A stretch of DNA of 43,349 bases from a virus. Lineage: Duplodnaviria; Heunggongvirae; Uroviricota; Caudoviricetes. Positions 32,044 to 43,115 of this stretch are shown piece by piece. A program made the translations under genes and the position numbers. Every line of letters begins with the position of its first letter. Position 1 is the first letter of the stretch. Location of the stretch: IMG/VR virus record IMGVR_UViG_2541047690_000002; one strand, 5' to 3'. The notes under the pieces were generated by a model. That model searched no databases. It worked only from the letters and a program-made list of their open reading frames with translations, and had not been told where the DNA came from.

Positions 32044-32622
32044 ATGGCCATAAAAGGTCTTGAGCAGGCCGTTGAAAACCTCAGCCGTATCAGCAGAACG
32101 GCGGTGCCCGGTGCCGCCGCAATGGCCATTAACCGCGTTGCTTCATCCGCGATATCGCAGTCGGTGGCACAGGTTGCCCGTGAGACAAAGGTACGCCGGA
32201 AACTGGTAAAGGAAAGGGCCAGGCTGAAAAGGGCCACGGTCAAAAATCCGCAGGCCAGAATCAGGGTTAGCCGGGGGGATTTGCCCGTAATAAAGCTGGG
32301 TAACGCGCGGGTTGTCCTGTCCCGACGCAGGCGTCGTAAAAAGGGGCAGCGTTCAGCCCTGAAAGGTGGCGGCAGTGTGCTTGTGGTGGGAAACCGTCGT
32401 ATTCCCGGCGCGTTTATTCAGCAACTGAAAAATGGCCGGTGGCATGTCATGCAGCGTGTGGCCGGGAAAAACCGTTACCCCATTGATGTGGTGAAAATCC
32501 CGATGGCGGTGCCGCTGACCACGGCGTTTAAACAGAATATTGAACGGATACGGCGTGAACGTCTCCCGAAAGAGCTGGGCTATGCGCTGCAGCATCAACT
32601 GAGAATGGTAATAAAGCGATGA
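32044..32622 (+). CDS. Z: Tail protein Z
   Basis: 192-aa translation matches lambda gpZ. Confidence 0.93.
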   Translation: MAIKGLEQAVENLSRISRTAVPGAAAMAINRVASSAISQSVAQVARETKVRRKLVKERARLKRATVKNPQARIRVSRGDLPVIKLGNARVVLSRRRRRKKGQRSALKGGGSVLVVGNRRIPGAFIQQLKNGRWHVMQRVAGKNRYPIDVVKIPMAVPLTTAFKQNIERIRRERLPKELGYALQHQLRMVIKR

Positions 32623-33014
32623 AACATACTGAACTCCGTGCAGCCGTACTGGATGCACTGGAGAAGCATGACACCGGGGCGACGCTTTTTGATGGTCGCC
32701 CCGCTGTTTTTGATGAGGAAGATTTTCCGGCAATTGCCGTTTATCTCACCGGCGCTGAATACACGGGCGAAGAGCTGGACAGCGATACCTGGCAGGCGGA
32801 GCTGCATATTGAAGTTTCCCTGCCTGCTCAGGTGCCGGATTCAGAGCTGGATTCGTGGATGGAGTCCCGGATTTATCCGGTGATGAGCGATATCCCGGCA
32901 CTGTCAGATTTGATCACCAGTATGGTGGCCAGTGGCTATGACTACCGGCGCGACGATGATGCGGGCCTGTGGAGTTCAGCCGATCTGACTTATGTCATTA
33001 CCTATGAAATGTGA
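32619..33014 (+). CDS. U: Tail terminator protein U
   Basis: 131-aa translation matches lambda gpU. Confidence 0.93.
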   Translation: MKHTELRAAVLDALEKHDTGATLFDGRPAVFDEEDFPAIAVYLTGAEYTGEELDSDTWQAELHIEVSLPAQVPDSELDSWMESRIYPVMSDIPALSDLITSMVASGYDYRRDDDAGLWSSADLTYVITYEM

Positions 33015-33021
33015 GGACGCT

Positions 33022-33762
33022 ATGCCTGTACCAAATCCTGTAATGCCGGTGAAAGGTGCCGGGACCACCCTGTGGGTTTATAAGGGGAGCGGTGACCCTT
33101 ATGCGAACCCGCTTTCAGACGTTGACTGGTCGCGTCTGGCAAAAGTTAAAGACCTGACGCCCGGCGAACTGACCGCTGAGTCCTATGACGACAGCTATCT
33201 CGATGATGAAGATGCAGACTGGACTGCGACCGGGCAGGGGCAGAAATCTGCCGGAGATACCAGCTTCACGCTGGCGTGGATGCCCGGAGAGCAGGGGCAG
33301 CAGGCGCTGCTGGCGTGGTTTAATGAAGGTGATACCCGTGCCTATAAAATCCGCTTCCCGAACGGCACGGTCGATGTGTTCCGCGGCTGGGTCAGCAGTA
33401 TCGGTAAGGCGGTGACGGCGAAGGAAGTGATTACCCGCACGGTGAAAGTCACCAACGTAGGACGTCCGTCGATGGCAGAAGATCGCAGCACGGTAACAGC
33501 GGCAACCGGCATGACCGTGACGCCTGCCAGCACCTCGGTGGTGAAAGGGCAGAGCACGACGCTGACCGTGGCATTCCAGCCGGAAGGCGCAACCGACAAG
33601 AGCTTCCGTGCGGTGTCTGCGGATAAAACAAAAGCCACCGTGTCGGTCAGTGGTATGACCATCACCGTGAAAGGTGTTGCTGCAGGCAAGGTCAACATTC
33701 CGGTCGTATCCGGTAATGGTGAACTTGCTGCGGTTGCAGAAATCAACGTCACCGCCAGTTAA
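33022..33762 (+). CDS. V: Major tail tube protein V
   Basis: 246-aa product from ATG 33022 ([22 protein letters not shown]...) matches lambda gpV, including the C-terminal Ig-like domain. Confidence 0.93.
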   Translation: MPVPNPVMPVKGAGTTLWVYKGSGDPYANPLSDVDWSRLAKVKDLTPGELTAESYDDSYLDDEDADWTATGQGQKSAGDTSFTLAWMPGEQGQQALLAWFNEGDTRAYKIRFPNGTVDVFRGWVSSIGKAVTAKEVITRTVKVTNVGRPSMAEDRSTVTAATGMTVTPASTSVVKGQSTTLTVAFQPEGATDKSFRAVSADKTKATVSVSGMTITVKGVAAGKVNIPVVSGNGELAAVAEINVTAS

Positions 33763-33777
33763 TCCGGAGAGTCAGCG

Positions 33778-34200
33778 ATGTTCCTGAAAACCGAATCATT
33801 TGAACATAACGGTGTGACCGTCACGCTTTCTGAACTGTCAGCCCTGCAGCGTATTGAGCATCTCGCCCTGATGAAACGACAGGCAGAACAGGCGGAGTCA
33901 GACAGCAACCGGAAGTTTACTGTGGAAGACGCCATCAGAACCGGCGCTTTTGTGGTGGCGATGTCCCTGTGGCATAACCATCCGCAGAAGACAAAGCTGC
34001 CTTCTATGAATGAAGCCGTTAAACAGATTGAGCAGGAAGTGCTTACCACCTGGCCCACGGAGGCAATTTCTCATGCTGAAAACGTGGTGTACCGGCTGTC
34101 CGGTATGTATGAGTTTGTGGTGAATGATGCTCCTGAACAGACAGAGGACGCCGGGCCTGCAGAGCCTGTTTCTGCGGGAAAGTGTTCGATGGTGAGCTGA
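33778..34200 (+). CDS. G: Tail assembly chaperone G
   Basis: 140-aa translation matches lambda gpG. Confidence 0.93.
   Translation: MFLKTESFEHNGVTVTLSELSALQRIEHLALMKRQAEQAESDSNRKFTVEDAIRTGAFVVAMSLWHNHPQKTKLPSMNEAVKQIEQEVLTTWPTEAISHAENVVYRLSGMYEFVVNDAPEQTEDAGPAEPVSAGKCSMVS
34176..34182 (+). promoter_or_regulatory. Programmed -1 ribosomal frameshift slippery site GGGAAAG (G to G-T)
   Basis: Heptamer G GGA AAG in the G frame just before the G stop, identical to the lambda G-T slip site. Confidence 0.8.
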
Positions 34201-34616
34201 GTTTTGCCCTGAAACTGGCGCGAGAGATGGGGCGACCCGACTGGCGTGCCATGCTTGCCGGGATGTCATCCACGGAGTATGCCGACTGGCACCGCTTTTA
34301 CAGTACCCATTATTTTCATGATGTTCTGCTGGATATGCACTTTTCCGGGCTGACGTACACCGTGCTCAGCCTGTTTTTCAGCGATCCGGATATGCATCCG
34401 CTGGATTTCAGTCTGCTGAACCGGCGTGAGGCTGACGAAGAGCCTGAAGATGATGTGCTGATGCAGAAAGCGGCAGGGCTTGCCGGAGGCGTCCGCTTTG
34501 GCCCGGATGTGAATGAAGTTATCCCCGTTTCCCCGGATGTGGCGGACATGACGGAGGATGACGTAATGCTGATGACAGTATCAGAAGGGATCGCAGGAGG
34601 AGTCCGGTATGGCTGA
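34182..34616 (+). CDS. T: Tail assembly protein T (expressed as G-T fusion by -1 programmed frameshift)
   Basis: ORF in the -1 frame relative to G, overlapping its 3' end; translation matches lambda gpT; no independent start expected. Confidence 0.85.
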   Translation: MFDGELSFALKLAREMGRPDWRAMLAGMSSTEYADWHRFYSTHYFHDVLLDMHFSGLTYTVLSLFFSDPDMHPLDFSLLNRREADEEPEDDVLMQKAAGLAGGVRFGPDVNEVIPVSPDVADMTEDDVMLMTVSEGIAGGVRYG

Positions 34617-37170
34617 ACCGGTAGGCGATCTGGTCGTTGATTTGAGTCTGGATGCGGCCAGATTTGACGAGCAGATGGCCAGAGTCAGGCGTCATTTTTC
34701 CGGTACGGAAAGTGATGCGAAAAAAACAGCGGCAGTCGTTGAACAGTCGCTGAGCCGACAGGCACTGGCTGCACAGAAAGCGGGGATTTCCGTCGGGCAG
34801 TATAAAGCTGCCATGCGTATGCTGCCTGCGCAGTTCACTGACGTGGCCACGCAGCTTGCAGGCGGGCAAAGTCCGTGGCTGATCCTGCTGCAACAGGGTG
34901 GTCAGGTGAAGGACTCCTTCGGCGGGATGATCCCCATGTTCAGGGGGCTTGCCGGTGCGCTCACCCTGCCGATGGTCGGGGCCACCTCGCTGGCGGTGGC
35001 GACCGGTGCGCTGGCGTATGCCTGGTATCAGGGCAACTCAACCCTGTCCGATTTCAACAAAACGCTGGTCCTTTCCGGCAATCAGTCGGGGCTGACGGCA
35101 GATCGCATGCTGGTCCTGTCCAGAGCCGGGCAGGCGGCAGGGCTGACGTTTGACCAGACCAGCGAGTCACTCAGCGCACTGGTTAAGGCGGGGGTAAGCG
35201 GTGAGGCTCAGATTGCGTCCATCAGCCAGAGTGTGGCGCGTTTCTCCTCTGCATCCGGCGTGGAGGTGGACAAGGTCGCTGAAGCCTTCGGGAAGCTGAC
35301 CACAGACCCGACGTCAGGGCTGACAGCGATGGCACGCCAGTTCCATAACGTGACGGCGGAGCAGATTGCGTATGTTGCTCAGTTGCAGCGTTCCGGCGAT
35401 GAGGCCGGGGCATTGCAGGCGGCGAACGAGGCCGCAACGAAAGGGTTTGATGACCAGACCCGCCGCCTGAAAGAGAACATGGGCACGCTGGAGACCTGGG
35501 CAGACAGGACAGCGCGGGCATTCAAATCCATGTGGGATGCGGTGCTGGATATTGGTCGTCCTGATACCGCGCAGGAGATGCTGATTAAGGCAGAGGCTGC
35601 GTTTAAGAAAGCAGACGACATCTGGAATCTGCGCAAGGATGATTATTTTGTTAACGATGAAGCGCGGGCGCGTTACTGGGATGATCGTGAAAAGGCCCGT
35701 CTTGCGCTTGAAGCAGCGAGAAAGAAGGCTGAGCAGCAGACTCAACAGGACAAAAATGCGCAGCAGCAGAGCGATACCGAAGCGTCACGGCTGAAATATA
35801 CCGAAGAGGCGCAGAAGGCTTACGAACGGCTGCAGACGCCGCTGGAGAAATATACCGCCCGTCAGGAAGAACTGAACAAGGCACTGAAAGACGGGAAAAT
35901 CCTGCAGGCGGATTACAACACGCTGATGGCGGCGGCGAAAAAGGATTATGAAGCGACGCTGAAAAAGCCGAAACAGTCCGGCGTGAAGGTGTCTGCGGGC
36001 GATCGTCAGGAAGACAGTGCTCATGCTGCCCTGCTGATGCTTCAGACAGAACTCCGGACGCTGGAGAAGCATGCCGGAGCGAATGAGAAAATCAGCCAGC
36101 AGCGCCGGGATTTGTGGAAGGCAGAAAGTCAGTTCGCGGTACTGGAGGAGGCGGCACAACGTCGCCAGCTGTCCGCACAGGAGAAATCCCTGCTGGCGCA
36201 TAAAGATGAGACGCTGGAGTACAAACGCCAGCTGGCTGCACTTGGCGACAAGGTTACGTATCAGGAGCACCTGAATGCGCTGGCGCAGCAGGCGGATAAG
36301 TTCGCACAGCAACAACGGGCAAAACGGGCAGCCATTGAGGCGAAAAACCGGGGGCTTACTGACCGGCAGGCAGCGCGGGAAGCCACAGAACAGCGCCTGA
36401 AGGAACAGTATGGCGATAATCCGCTGGCGCTGAATAACGTCATGTCAGAGCAGAAAAAGACCTGGGCGGCTGAAGACCAGCTTCGCGGGAGCTGGATGGC
36501 AGGCCTCAGGTCCGGCTGGAGTGAGTGGGAAGAGAGCGCCACGGACAGTATGTCGCAGGTTAAAAGTGCAGCCACGCAGACCTTTGATGGTATTGCGCAG
36601 AATATGGCGGCGATGCTGACCGGCAGTGAACAGAACTGGCGCAGCTTCACCCGCTCCGTGCTGTCCATGATGACAGAAATTCTGCTTAAGCAGGCAATGG
36701 TGGGGATTGTCGGGAGTATCGGCAGCGCCATTGGCGGGGCTGTTGGTGGCGGCGCATCAGCGTCAGGCGGTACAGCCATTCAGGCAGCTGCGGCGAAATT
36801 CCATTTTGCGACCGGAGGATTTACGGGAACCGGCGGCAAATATGAGCCAGCGGGGATTGTTCACCGTGGTGAATTTGTCTTCACTAAGGAGGCAACCAGC
36901 CGGATTGGCGTGGGGAATCTCTACCGGCTGATGCGCGGCTATGCCACCGGCGGTTATGTCGGTACACCGGGCAGCATGGCGGACAGCCGCTCGCAGGCGT
37001 CCGGGAAGTTTGAGCAGAATAACCATGTGGTGATTAACAACGACGGCACGAACGGTCAGATAGGGCCACAGGCGCTGAAGGCGGTTTATGACGTAGCCCG
37101 TAAGGCGGCAATGGATGTTGTGACCGGGCAGATGCGCGATGGTGGTCTGTTCTCCGGAGGTGGACGATGA
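34609..37170 (+). CDS. H: Tail tape-measure protein H
   Basis: 853-aa translation matches lambda gpH. Confidence 0.95.
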   Translation: MAEPVGDLVVDLSLDAARFDEQMARVRRHFSGTESDAKKTAAVVEQSLSRQALAAQKAGISVGQYKAAMRMLPAQFTDVATQLAGGQSPWLILLQQGGQVKDSFGGMIPMFRGLAGALTLPMVGATSLAVATGALAYAWYQGNSTLSDFNKTLVLSGNQSGLTADRMLVLSRAGQAAGLTFDQTSESLSALVKAGVSGEAQIASISQSVARFSSASGVEVDKVAEAFGKLTTDPTSGLTAMARQFHNVTAEQIAYVAQLQRSGDEAGALQAANEAATKGFDDQTRRLKENMGTLETWADRTARAFKSMWDAVLDIGRPDTAQEMLIKAEAAFKKADDIWNLRKDDYFVNDEARARYWDDREKARLALEAARKKAEQQTQQDKNAQQQSDTEASRLKYTEEAQKAYERLQTPLEKYTARQEELNKALKDGKILQADYNTLMAAAKKDYEATLKKPKQSGVKVSAGDRQEDSAHAALLMLQTELRTLEKHAGANEKISQQRRDLWKAESQFAVLEEAAQRRQLSAQEKSLLAHKDETLEYKRQLAALGDKVTYQEHLNALAQQADKFAQQQRAKRAAIEAKNRGLTDRQAAREATEQRLKEQYGDNPLALNNVMSEQKKTWAAEDQLRGSWMAGLRSGWSEWEESATDSMSQVKSAATQTFDGIAQNMAAMLTGSEQNWRSFTRSVLSMMTEILLKQAMVGIVGSIGSAIGGAVGGGASASGGTAIQAAAAKFHFATGGFTGTGGKYEPAGIVHRGEFVFTKEATSRIGVGNLYRLMRGYATGGYVGTPGSMADSRSQASGKFEQNNHVVINNDGTNGQIGPQALKAVYDVARKAAMDVVTGQMRDGGLFSGGGR

Positions 37171-37496
37171 AAACCTTCCGCTGGAAAGTGAAACCCGGTA
37201 TGGATGTGGCTTCGGCCCCTTCCGTAAGAAAGGTGCGCTTTGGTGATGGCTATTCTCAGCGAGCGCCTGCCGGGCTGAATGCCGACCTGAAAACGTACAG
37301 CGTGACGCTTTCTGTTCCCCGTTGGGAGGCCACGGCGCTTGAGTCGTTTCTGGCTGAGCACGGGGGCTGGAAAGCCTTTCTGTGGACGCCGCCTTATGAG
37401 TGGCGGCAGATAAAGGTGACCTGCGCAAAATGGTCGTCGCGGGTCAGTATGCTGCGTGTTGAGTTCAGCGCAGAGTTTGAACAGGTGGTGAACTGA
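37167..37496 (+). CDS. M: Tail tip protein M
   Basis: 109-aa translation matches lambda gpM. Confidence 0.93.
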   Translation: MKTFRWKVKPGMDVASAPSVRKVRFGDGYSQRAPAGLNADLKTYSVTLSVPRWEATALESFLAEHGGWKAFLWTPPYEWRQIKVTCAKWSSRVSMLRVEFSAEFEQVVN

Positions 37497-38194
37497 TGCA
37501 GGATATCCGGCAGGAAACACTGAATGAATGCACCCGTGCGGAGCAGTCGGCCAGCGTGGTGCTCTGGGAAATCGACCTGACAGAGGTCGGTGGAGAACGT
37601 TATTTTTTCTGTAATGAGCAGAACGAAAAAGGTGAGCCGGTCACCTGGCAGGGGCGACAGTATCAGCCGTATCCCATTCAGGGGAGTGGTTTTGAACTGA
37701 ATGGCAAAGGCACCAGTACGCGCCCCACGCTGACGGTTTCTAACCTGTACGGTATGGTCACCGGGATGGCGGAAGATCTGCAGAGTCTGGTCGGCGGAAC
37801 GGTGGTCCGGCGTAAGGTTTACGCCCGTTTTCTGGATGCGGTGAACTTCGTCAACGGAAACAGTGACGCCGATCCGGAGCAGGAGGTGATCAGCCGCTGG
37901 CGCATCGAGCAGTGCAGCGAACTGAGCGCGGTGAGTGCCTCCTTTGTACTGTCCACGCCGACGGAAACAGATGGCGCTGTTTTTCCGGGACGTATCATGC
38001 TGGCCAACACCTGCACCTGGACCTATCGCGGCGATGAGTGCGGTTATCACGGTCCGGCGGTCGCGGATGAATATGACCAGCCAACGTCCGATATCACGAA
38101 GGATAAATGCAGCAAATGCCTGAGTGGCTGTAAGTTTCGCAATAACGTCGGCAACTTTGGCGGCTTCCTTTCCATTAACAAACTTTCGCAGTAA
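37496..38194 (+). CDS. L: Tail tip protein L
   Basis: 232-aa translation matches lambda gpL; conserved Cys cluster near C-terminus. Confidence 0.93.
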   Translation: MQDIRQETLNECTRAEQSASVVLWEIDLTEVGGERYFFCNEQNEKGEPVTWQGRQYQPYPIQGSGFELNGKGTSTRPTLTVSNLYGMVTGMAEDLQSLVGGTVVRRKVYARFLDAVNFVNGNSDADPEQEVISRWRIEQCSELSAVSASFVLSTPTETDGAVFPGRIMLANTCTWTYRGDECGYHGPAVADEYDQPTSDITKDKCSKCLSGCKFRNNVGNFGGFLSINKLSQ

Positions 38195-38199
38195 ATCCC

Positions 38200-38943
38200 A
38201 TGACACAGACAGAATCAGCGATTCTGGCGCACGCCCGGCGATGTGCGCCAGCGGAGTCGTGCGGCTTCGTGGTAAGCACGCCGGAGGGGGAAAGATATTT
38301 CCCCTGCGTGAATATCTCCGGTGAGCCGGAGGCGTATTTCCGTATGTCGCCGGAGGACTGGCTGCAGGCAGAAATGCAGGGTGAGATTGTGGCACTGGTC
38401 CACAGCCACCCCGGTGGTCTGCCCTGGCTGAGTGAGGCCGACCGGCGGCTGCAGGTGCAGAGTGATTTGCCGTGGTGGCTGGTCTGCCGGGGGACGATTC
38501 ATAAGTTCCGCTGTGTGCCGCATCTCACCGGGCGGCGTTTTGAGCACGGGGTGACGGACTGTTACACGCTGTTCCGGGATGCTTATCATCTGGCGGGGAT
38601 TGAGATGCCGGATTTTCATCGCGGGGATGACTGGTGGCGTCACGGTCAGAATCTCTATCTTGACAATATGGAGGCGACTGGTTTTTACCGTGTCGCACTG
38701 ACAGAGGCGCAGCCTGGCGACGTGCTGCTGTGCTGCTTTGGTTCATCGGTGCCGAATCATGCCGCCATTTACTGTGGTGACGGCGAGCTGCTGCACCATA
38801 TTCCTGAACAACTGAGCAAACGAGAGAGGTATACCGACAAATGGCAGCGACGCACACACTCCCTCTGGCGTCACCGGGCATGGCACGCATCTGCCTTTAC
38901 GGGGATTTACAACGATTTGGCCGCCGCATCGACCTTCGTGTGA
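38200..38943 (+). CDS. K: Tail assembly protein K (JAB/MPN plus NlpC/P60-like domains)
   Basis: 247-aa translation matches lambda gpK; HSHP motif of the JAB domain present. Confidence 0.92.
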   Translation: MTQTESAILAHARRCAPAESCGFVVSTPEGERYFPCVNISGEPEAYFRMSPEDWLQAEMQGEIVALVHSHPGGLPWLSEADRRLQVQSDLPWWLVCRGTIHKFRCVPHLTGRRFEHGVTDCYTLFRDAYHLAGIEMPDFHRGDDWWRHGQNLYLDNMEATGFYRVALTEAQPGDVLLCCFGSSVPNHAAIYCGDGELLHHIPEQLSKRERYTDKWQRRTHSLWRHRAWHASAFTGIYNDLAAASTFV

Positions 38944-39488
38944 AAACGGGGGCTGAAGCCATCCGGGCGCTGGCCACACAGCTTCCGTCGTTTCGCCAGA
39001 AACTGAATGAGGGCTGGTATCAGGTGCGCATTTCCGGGCGTGATGCAGGCGAAAATGAATTATCTGCCCGTCTTAATGAACCGCTGGCAAATGGTGCCGT
39101 GATCCACGTCGTTCCGCGTCTGGCGGGTGCCAAAAGTGGCGGTGTGTTTCAGGCGGTGCTGGGTGCGGCGCTGATTGCGGTGGCATGGTGGAACCCTGTT
39201 GGCTGGCTGGGGGCCGCGGCTGTATCGGGTCTGTATGCAGCAGGGGCCAGTATGATCCTGGGTGGTGTGGCGCAGATGCTGGCACCGAAAGCCAGGACGC
39301 CCACGGCAGCCAGTACAGATAACGGCAAACAGAACACGTATTTCTCGTCACTGGATAACATGGTTGCCCAGGGCAATGTTCTGCCTGTTCTGTACGGGGA
39401 AATGCGCGTGGGATCACGTGTGGTTTCTCAGGAGATCAGCACGGCAGACGAAGGGGATGGTGGTCAGGTTGTGGTGATTGGTCGCTGA
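38841..39488 (+). CDS. I: Tail assembly protein I
   Basis: 215 aa; N-terminus MAATHTLPLASPGMARICLYGDLQRFG matches lambda gpI; overlaps K 3' end out of frame; the middle segment is shorter than I recall for lambda I. Confidence 0.85.
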   Translation: MAATHTLPLASPGMARICLYGDLQRFGRRIDLRVKTGAEAIRALATQLPSFRQKLNEGWYQVRISGRDAGENELSARLNEPLANGAVIHVVPRLAGAKSGGVFQAVLGAALIAVAWWNPVGWLGAAAVSGLYAAGASMILGGVAQMLAPKARTPTAASTDNGKQNTYFSSLDNMVAQGNVLPVLYGEMRVGSRVVSQEISTADEGDGGQVVVIGR

Positions 39489-39548
39489 TGCAAAACATTT
39501 TATGTGAAACCGCCTGCGGGCGGTTTTGTCGTTTATGGAGCGTGACGA

Positions 39549-42500
39549 ATGGGTAAAGGCAGCAGTAAGGGGCATACCCCGCGCGAAGCGAAGGACAACC
39601 TGAAGTCCACGCAGCTGCTGAGTGTGATCGATGCCATCAGCGAAGGGCCGGTTGAAGGTCCGGTGGATGGATTAAAAAGCGTGCTGCTGAACAGTACGCC
39701 GGTGCTGGACAGTGAGGGGAATACCAATATATCCGGCGTCACGGTGGTGTTCCGGGCCGGTGAGCAGGAGCAGACACCGCCGGAGGGATTTGAATCCTCC
39801 GGCTCCGAGACGGTGCTCGGTACAGAAGTGAAATATGACACGCCGATCACCCGGACCATCACGTCGGCAAACATTGACCGTCTGCGTTTTACTTTCGGCG
39901 TGCAGGCACTGGTGGAAACCACCTCAAAGGGGGACAGGAATCCATCGGAAGTCCGCCTGCTGGTTCAGATACAACGTAACGGTGGCTGGGTGACGGAAAA
40001 AGACATCACCATTAAGGGCAAAACCACCTCGCAGTATCTGGCCTCGGTGGTGGTGGATAACCTGCCGCCGCGCCCGTTTAATATCCGGATGCGCAGAATG
40101 ACGCCGGACAGCACCACAGACCAGCTGCAGAACAAAACGCTCTGGTCGTCATACACCGAAATCATCGATGTGAAACAGTGCTACCCGAACACGGCACTGG
40201 TCGGCGTGCAGGTGGATTCGGAGCAGTTCGGCAGCCAGCAGGTGAGCCGTAATTATCATCTGCGCGGGCGTATTCTGCAGGTGCCGTCGAATTATAACCC
40301 GCAGACGCGGCAATACAGCGGTATCTGGGACGGAACGTTTAAACCGGCATACAGCAACAACATGGCCTGGTGTCTGTGGGATATGCTGACCCACCCGCGC
40401 TACGGCATGGGGAAACGTCTTGGTGCGGCAGATGTGGATAAATGGGCGCTGTATGTCATCGGCCAGAATTGCGACCAGTCGGTGCCGGACGGCTTTGGCG
40501 GCACGGAGCCGCGCATCACCTGTAATGCGTACCTGACCACACAGCGCAAGGCGTGGGATGTGCTCAGTGATTTCTGCTCGGCGATGCGCTGTATGCCGGT
40601 ATGGAACGGGCAGACGCTGACGTTCGTGCAGGACCGACCGTCGGATAAGGTGTGGACCTATAACCGCAGTAATGTGGTGATGCCGGATGATGGCGCACCA
40701 TTCCGCTACAGCTTCAGCGCCCTGAAAGACCGCCATAATGCCGTTGAAGTGAACTGGATTGACCCGGATAACGGCTGGGAGACGGCAACAGAGCTTGTGG
40801 AGGACTCGCAGGCCATTGCCCGTTACGGTCGTAACGTCACGAAGATGGATGCGTTTGGCTGTACCAGTCGGGGGCAGGCGCACCGCGCCGGGCTGTGGCT
40901 GATTAAAACAGAACTGCTGGAAACGCAGACCGTGGACTTCAGCGTGGGTGCCGAAGGGCTTCGCCATGTACCAGGTGATGTCATTGAAATCTGTGATGAT
41001 GACTATGCGGGGATCAGCATCGGCGGGCGCGTGCTGGCGGTGAACAGCCAGACGCGGACACTGACGCTCGACCGTGAAATCACGCTGCCATCCTCCGGCA
41101 CCACGCTGATAAGCCTGGTTGACGGGCAGGGTAATCCGGTGAGCGTGGAGGTCCAGTCCGTCACCGACGGCGTGAAGGTGAAAGTGAGCCGGGTTCCTGA
41201 CGGCGTTGCCGAGTACAGCGTGTGGGGGCTGAAGCTGCCGACGCTGCGTCAGCGCCTGTTCCGCTGTGTGAGTATCCGTGAGAACGATGACGGTACGTAT
41301 GCCATCACTGCCGTGCAGCATGTACCGGAGAAAGAAGCCATCGTGGATAACGGGGCGCACTTTGACGGTGACCAGAGCGGCACGGTGAATGGTGTCACGC
41401 CGCCAGCAGTTCAGCACCTGACCGCAGAAGTCACCGCAGACAGCGGGGAATACCAGGTGCTGGCGCGCTGGGACACGCCGAAGGTGGTGAAGGGGGTGAG
41501 CTTTATGCTTCGCCTGACCGTGGCAGCGGACGACGGCAGTGAGCGGCTGGTCAGCACGGCCCGGACGACGGAAACCACATATCGCTTCACGCAGCTGGCG
41601 CTGGGAAATTACAGGCTGACAGTCCGGGCGGTAAATGCATGGGGACAGCAGGGCGATCCGGCATCGGTATTGTTCCGGATCGCCGCACCGGCAGCGCCGT
41701 CGCGGATTGAGCTGACGCCGGGCTATTTTCAGATAACCGCCACGCCGCATCTTGCGGTTTATGATCCGACGGTACAGTTTGAGTTCTGGTTCTCGGAAAA
41801 GCGGATTGCGGATATCAGGCAGGTTGAAACCACAGCCCGCTATCTTGGTACGGCGCTGTACTGGATAGCCGCCAGTATCAATATCAAACCGGGCCATGAT
41901 TATTACTTTTATATCCGCAGTGTGAACACCGTAGGCAAATCGGCATTTGTGGAGGCCGTCGGTCGGGCGAGCGATGATGCATCCGGCTATCTGGATTTTT
42001 TCAAAGGCGAGATAGGGAAAACCCATCTGGCTCAGGAGCTGTGGACGCAGATTGATAACGGTCAGCTTGCGCCTGACCTGGCTGAAATCAGGACGTCCAT
42101 TACGGATGTCAGCAATGAAATCACGCAGACCGTCAATAAGAAACTGGAAGACCAGAGTGCGGCAATTCAGCAGATACAGAAGGTTCAGGTTGATACAAAT
42201 AATAACCTGAACAGCATGTGGGCTGTGAAGCTGCAGCAGATGCAGGACGGACGCCTTTATATCGCGGGTATTGGTGCTGGTATTGAGAACACCCCTGACG
42301 GCATGCAGAGTCAGGTGCTGCTGGCGGCGGACAGGATTGCGATGGTTAATCCTGCGAATGGCAACACAAAACCGATGTTTGTTGGTCAGGGCGATCAGAT
42401 ATTCATGAACGACGTGTTCCTGAAACGCCTGACGGCCCCCACCATTACCAGCGGTGGAAATCCACCGGCATTTTCCCTGACACCGGACGGAAAGCTGACC

Positions 42501-43046
42501 GCTAAAAATGCGGATATCAGTGGCAGTGTGAATGCGAACGCCGGGACGCTCAACAATGTCACGGTAAATGAAAACTGTACGATTAAGGGCATGCTGGAGG
42601 CGACTCAGGTCAGAGGTGACTTCGTTAAAGCTGTATCCAAATCATTTCCGAAACAGGCTGGTACGTGGGGTAACACGGAAACACCAGACGGGACGGTTAC
42701 AGTCACCATCAGCGATGATCATAACTTTGACCGTCAAATCATTATTCCGCCCATTATCTTTAACGGAATAGCGTATAGCGATCCGGGAAGTGGTAATAAC
42801 CCGGGAGGTACAAGATACACGGGTTATGGTTTTGAAGTTCGCAAAAACGGTGTATTAATCGCATCCAGAGAAACTAAAGGGGCCATTCCCGGTAGCTACA
42901 GTGCGGTTATTGATATGCCGAGTGGCAGGGGAAGCGTCACTCTGGAGTTTAAGGTTTTCCATAAAGGCAATCAGTGGGCAGGTAATATCACCGACTGTAC
43001 GGTGATTGTGACCAAAAAAGCTGCTTCCGGCATCAGTATTCGTTGA
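39549..43046 (+). CDS. J: Tail tip fibre / host specificity protein J
   Basis: 1165-aa ORF; N-terminal and central regions match lambda gpJ; the C-terminal receptor-binding region was not verified against lambda. Confidence 0.92.
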   Translation: MGKGSSKGHTPREAKDNLKSTQLLSVIDAISEGPVEGPVDGLKSVLLNSTPVLDSEGNTNISGVTVVFRAGEQEQTPPEGFESSGSETVLGTEVKYDTPITRTITSANIDRLRFTFGVQALVETTSKGDRNPSEVRLLVQIQRNGGWVTEKDITIKGKTTSQYLASVVVDNLPPRPFNIRMRRMTPDSTTDQLQNKTLWSSYTEIIDVKQCYPNTALVGVQVDSEQFGSQQVSRNYHLRGRILQVPSNYNPQTRQYSGIWDGTFKPAYSNNMAWCLWDMLTHPRYGMGKRLGAADVDKWALYVIGQNCDQSVPDGFGGTEPRITCNAYLTTQRKAWDVLSDFCSAMRCMPVWNGQTLTFVQDRPSDKVWTYNRSNVVMPDDGAPFRYSFSALKDRHNAVEVNWIDPDNGWETATELVEDSQAIARYGRNVTKMDAFGCTSRGQAHRAGLWLIKTELLETQTVDFSVGAEGLRHVPGDVIEICDDDYAGISIGGRVLAVNSQTRTLTLDREITLPSSGTTLISLVDGQGNPVSVEVQSVTDGVKVKVSRVPDGVAEYSVWGLKLPTLRQRLFRCVSIRENDDGTYAITAVQHVPEKEAIVDNGAHFDGDQSGTVNGVTPPAVQHLTAEVTADSGEYQVLARWDTPKVVKGVSFMLRLTVAADDGSERLVSTARTTETTYRFTQLALGNYRLTVRAVNAWGQQGDPASVLFRIAAPAAPSRIELTPGYFQITATPHLAVYDPTVQFEFWFSEKRIADIRQVETTARYLGTALYWIAASINIKPGHDYYFYIRSVNTVGKSAFVEAVGRASDDASGYLDFFKGEIGKTHLAQELWTQIDNGQLAPDLAEIRTSITDVSNEITQTVNKKLEDQSAAIQQIQKVQVDTNNNLNSMWAVKLQQMQDGRLYIAGIGAGIENTPDGMQSQVLLAADRIAMVNPANGNTKPMFVGQGDQIFMNDVFLKRLTAPTITSGGNPPAFSLTPDGKLTAKNADISGSVNANAGTLNNVTVNENCTIKGMLEATQVRGDFVKAVSKSFPKQAGTWGNTETPDGTVTVTISDDHNFDRQIIIPPIIFNGIAYSDPGSGNNPGGTRYTGYGFEVRKNGVLIASRETKGAIPGSYSAVIDMPSGRGSVTLEFKVFHKGNQWAGNITDCTVIVTKKAASGISIR

Positions 43047-43067
43047 AGTTGTTATAACCCATATAAG

Positions 43068-43093
43068 GGCACCAGAAATGGTGCCTTTTTTAT
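43068..43093 (+). terminator. Intrinsic terminator downstream of J
   Basis: Hairpin GGCACC-AGAAAT-GGTGCC followed by TTTTTTATT. Confidence 0.65.
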
Positions 43094-43115
43094 TGCAGAA
43101 AAGCGAGAGGTAATT

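Noticed and set aside
35785-36315. Minus-strand ORFs (176 aa and others) within tape-measure gene H
   Set aside because: Antisense frames of a repetitive GC-rich gene; Leu/Arg-rich low-complexity translations.
40149-42026. 625-aa minus-strand ORF inside J
   Set aside because: Arg/His/Pro-rich antisense artefact of the GC-rich J coding sequence; no start context, and the plus-strand J identity is secure.
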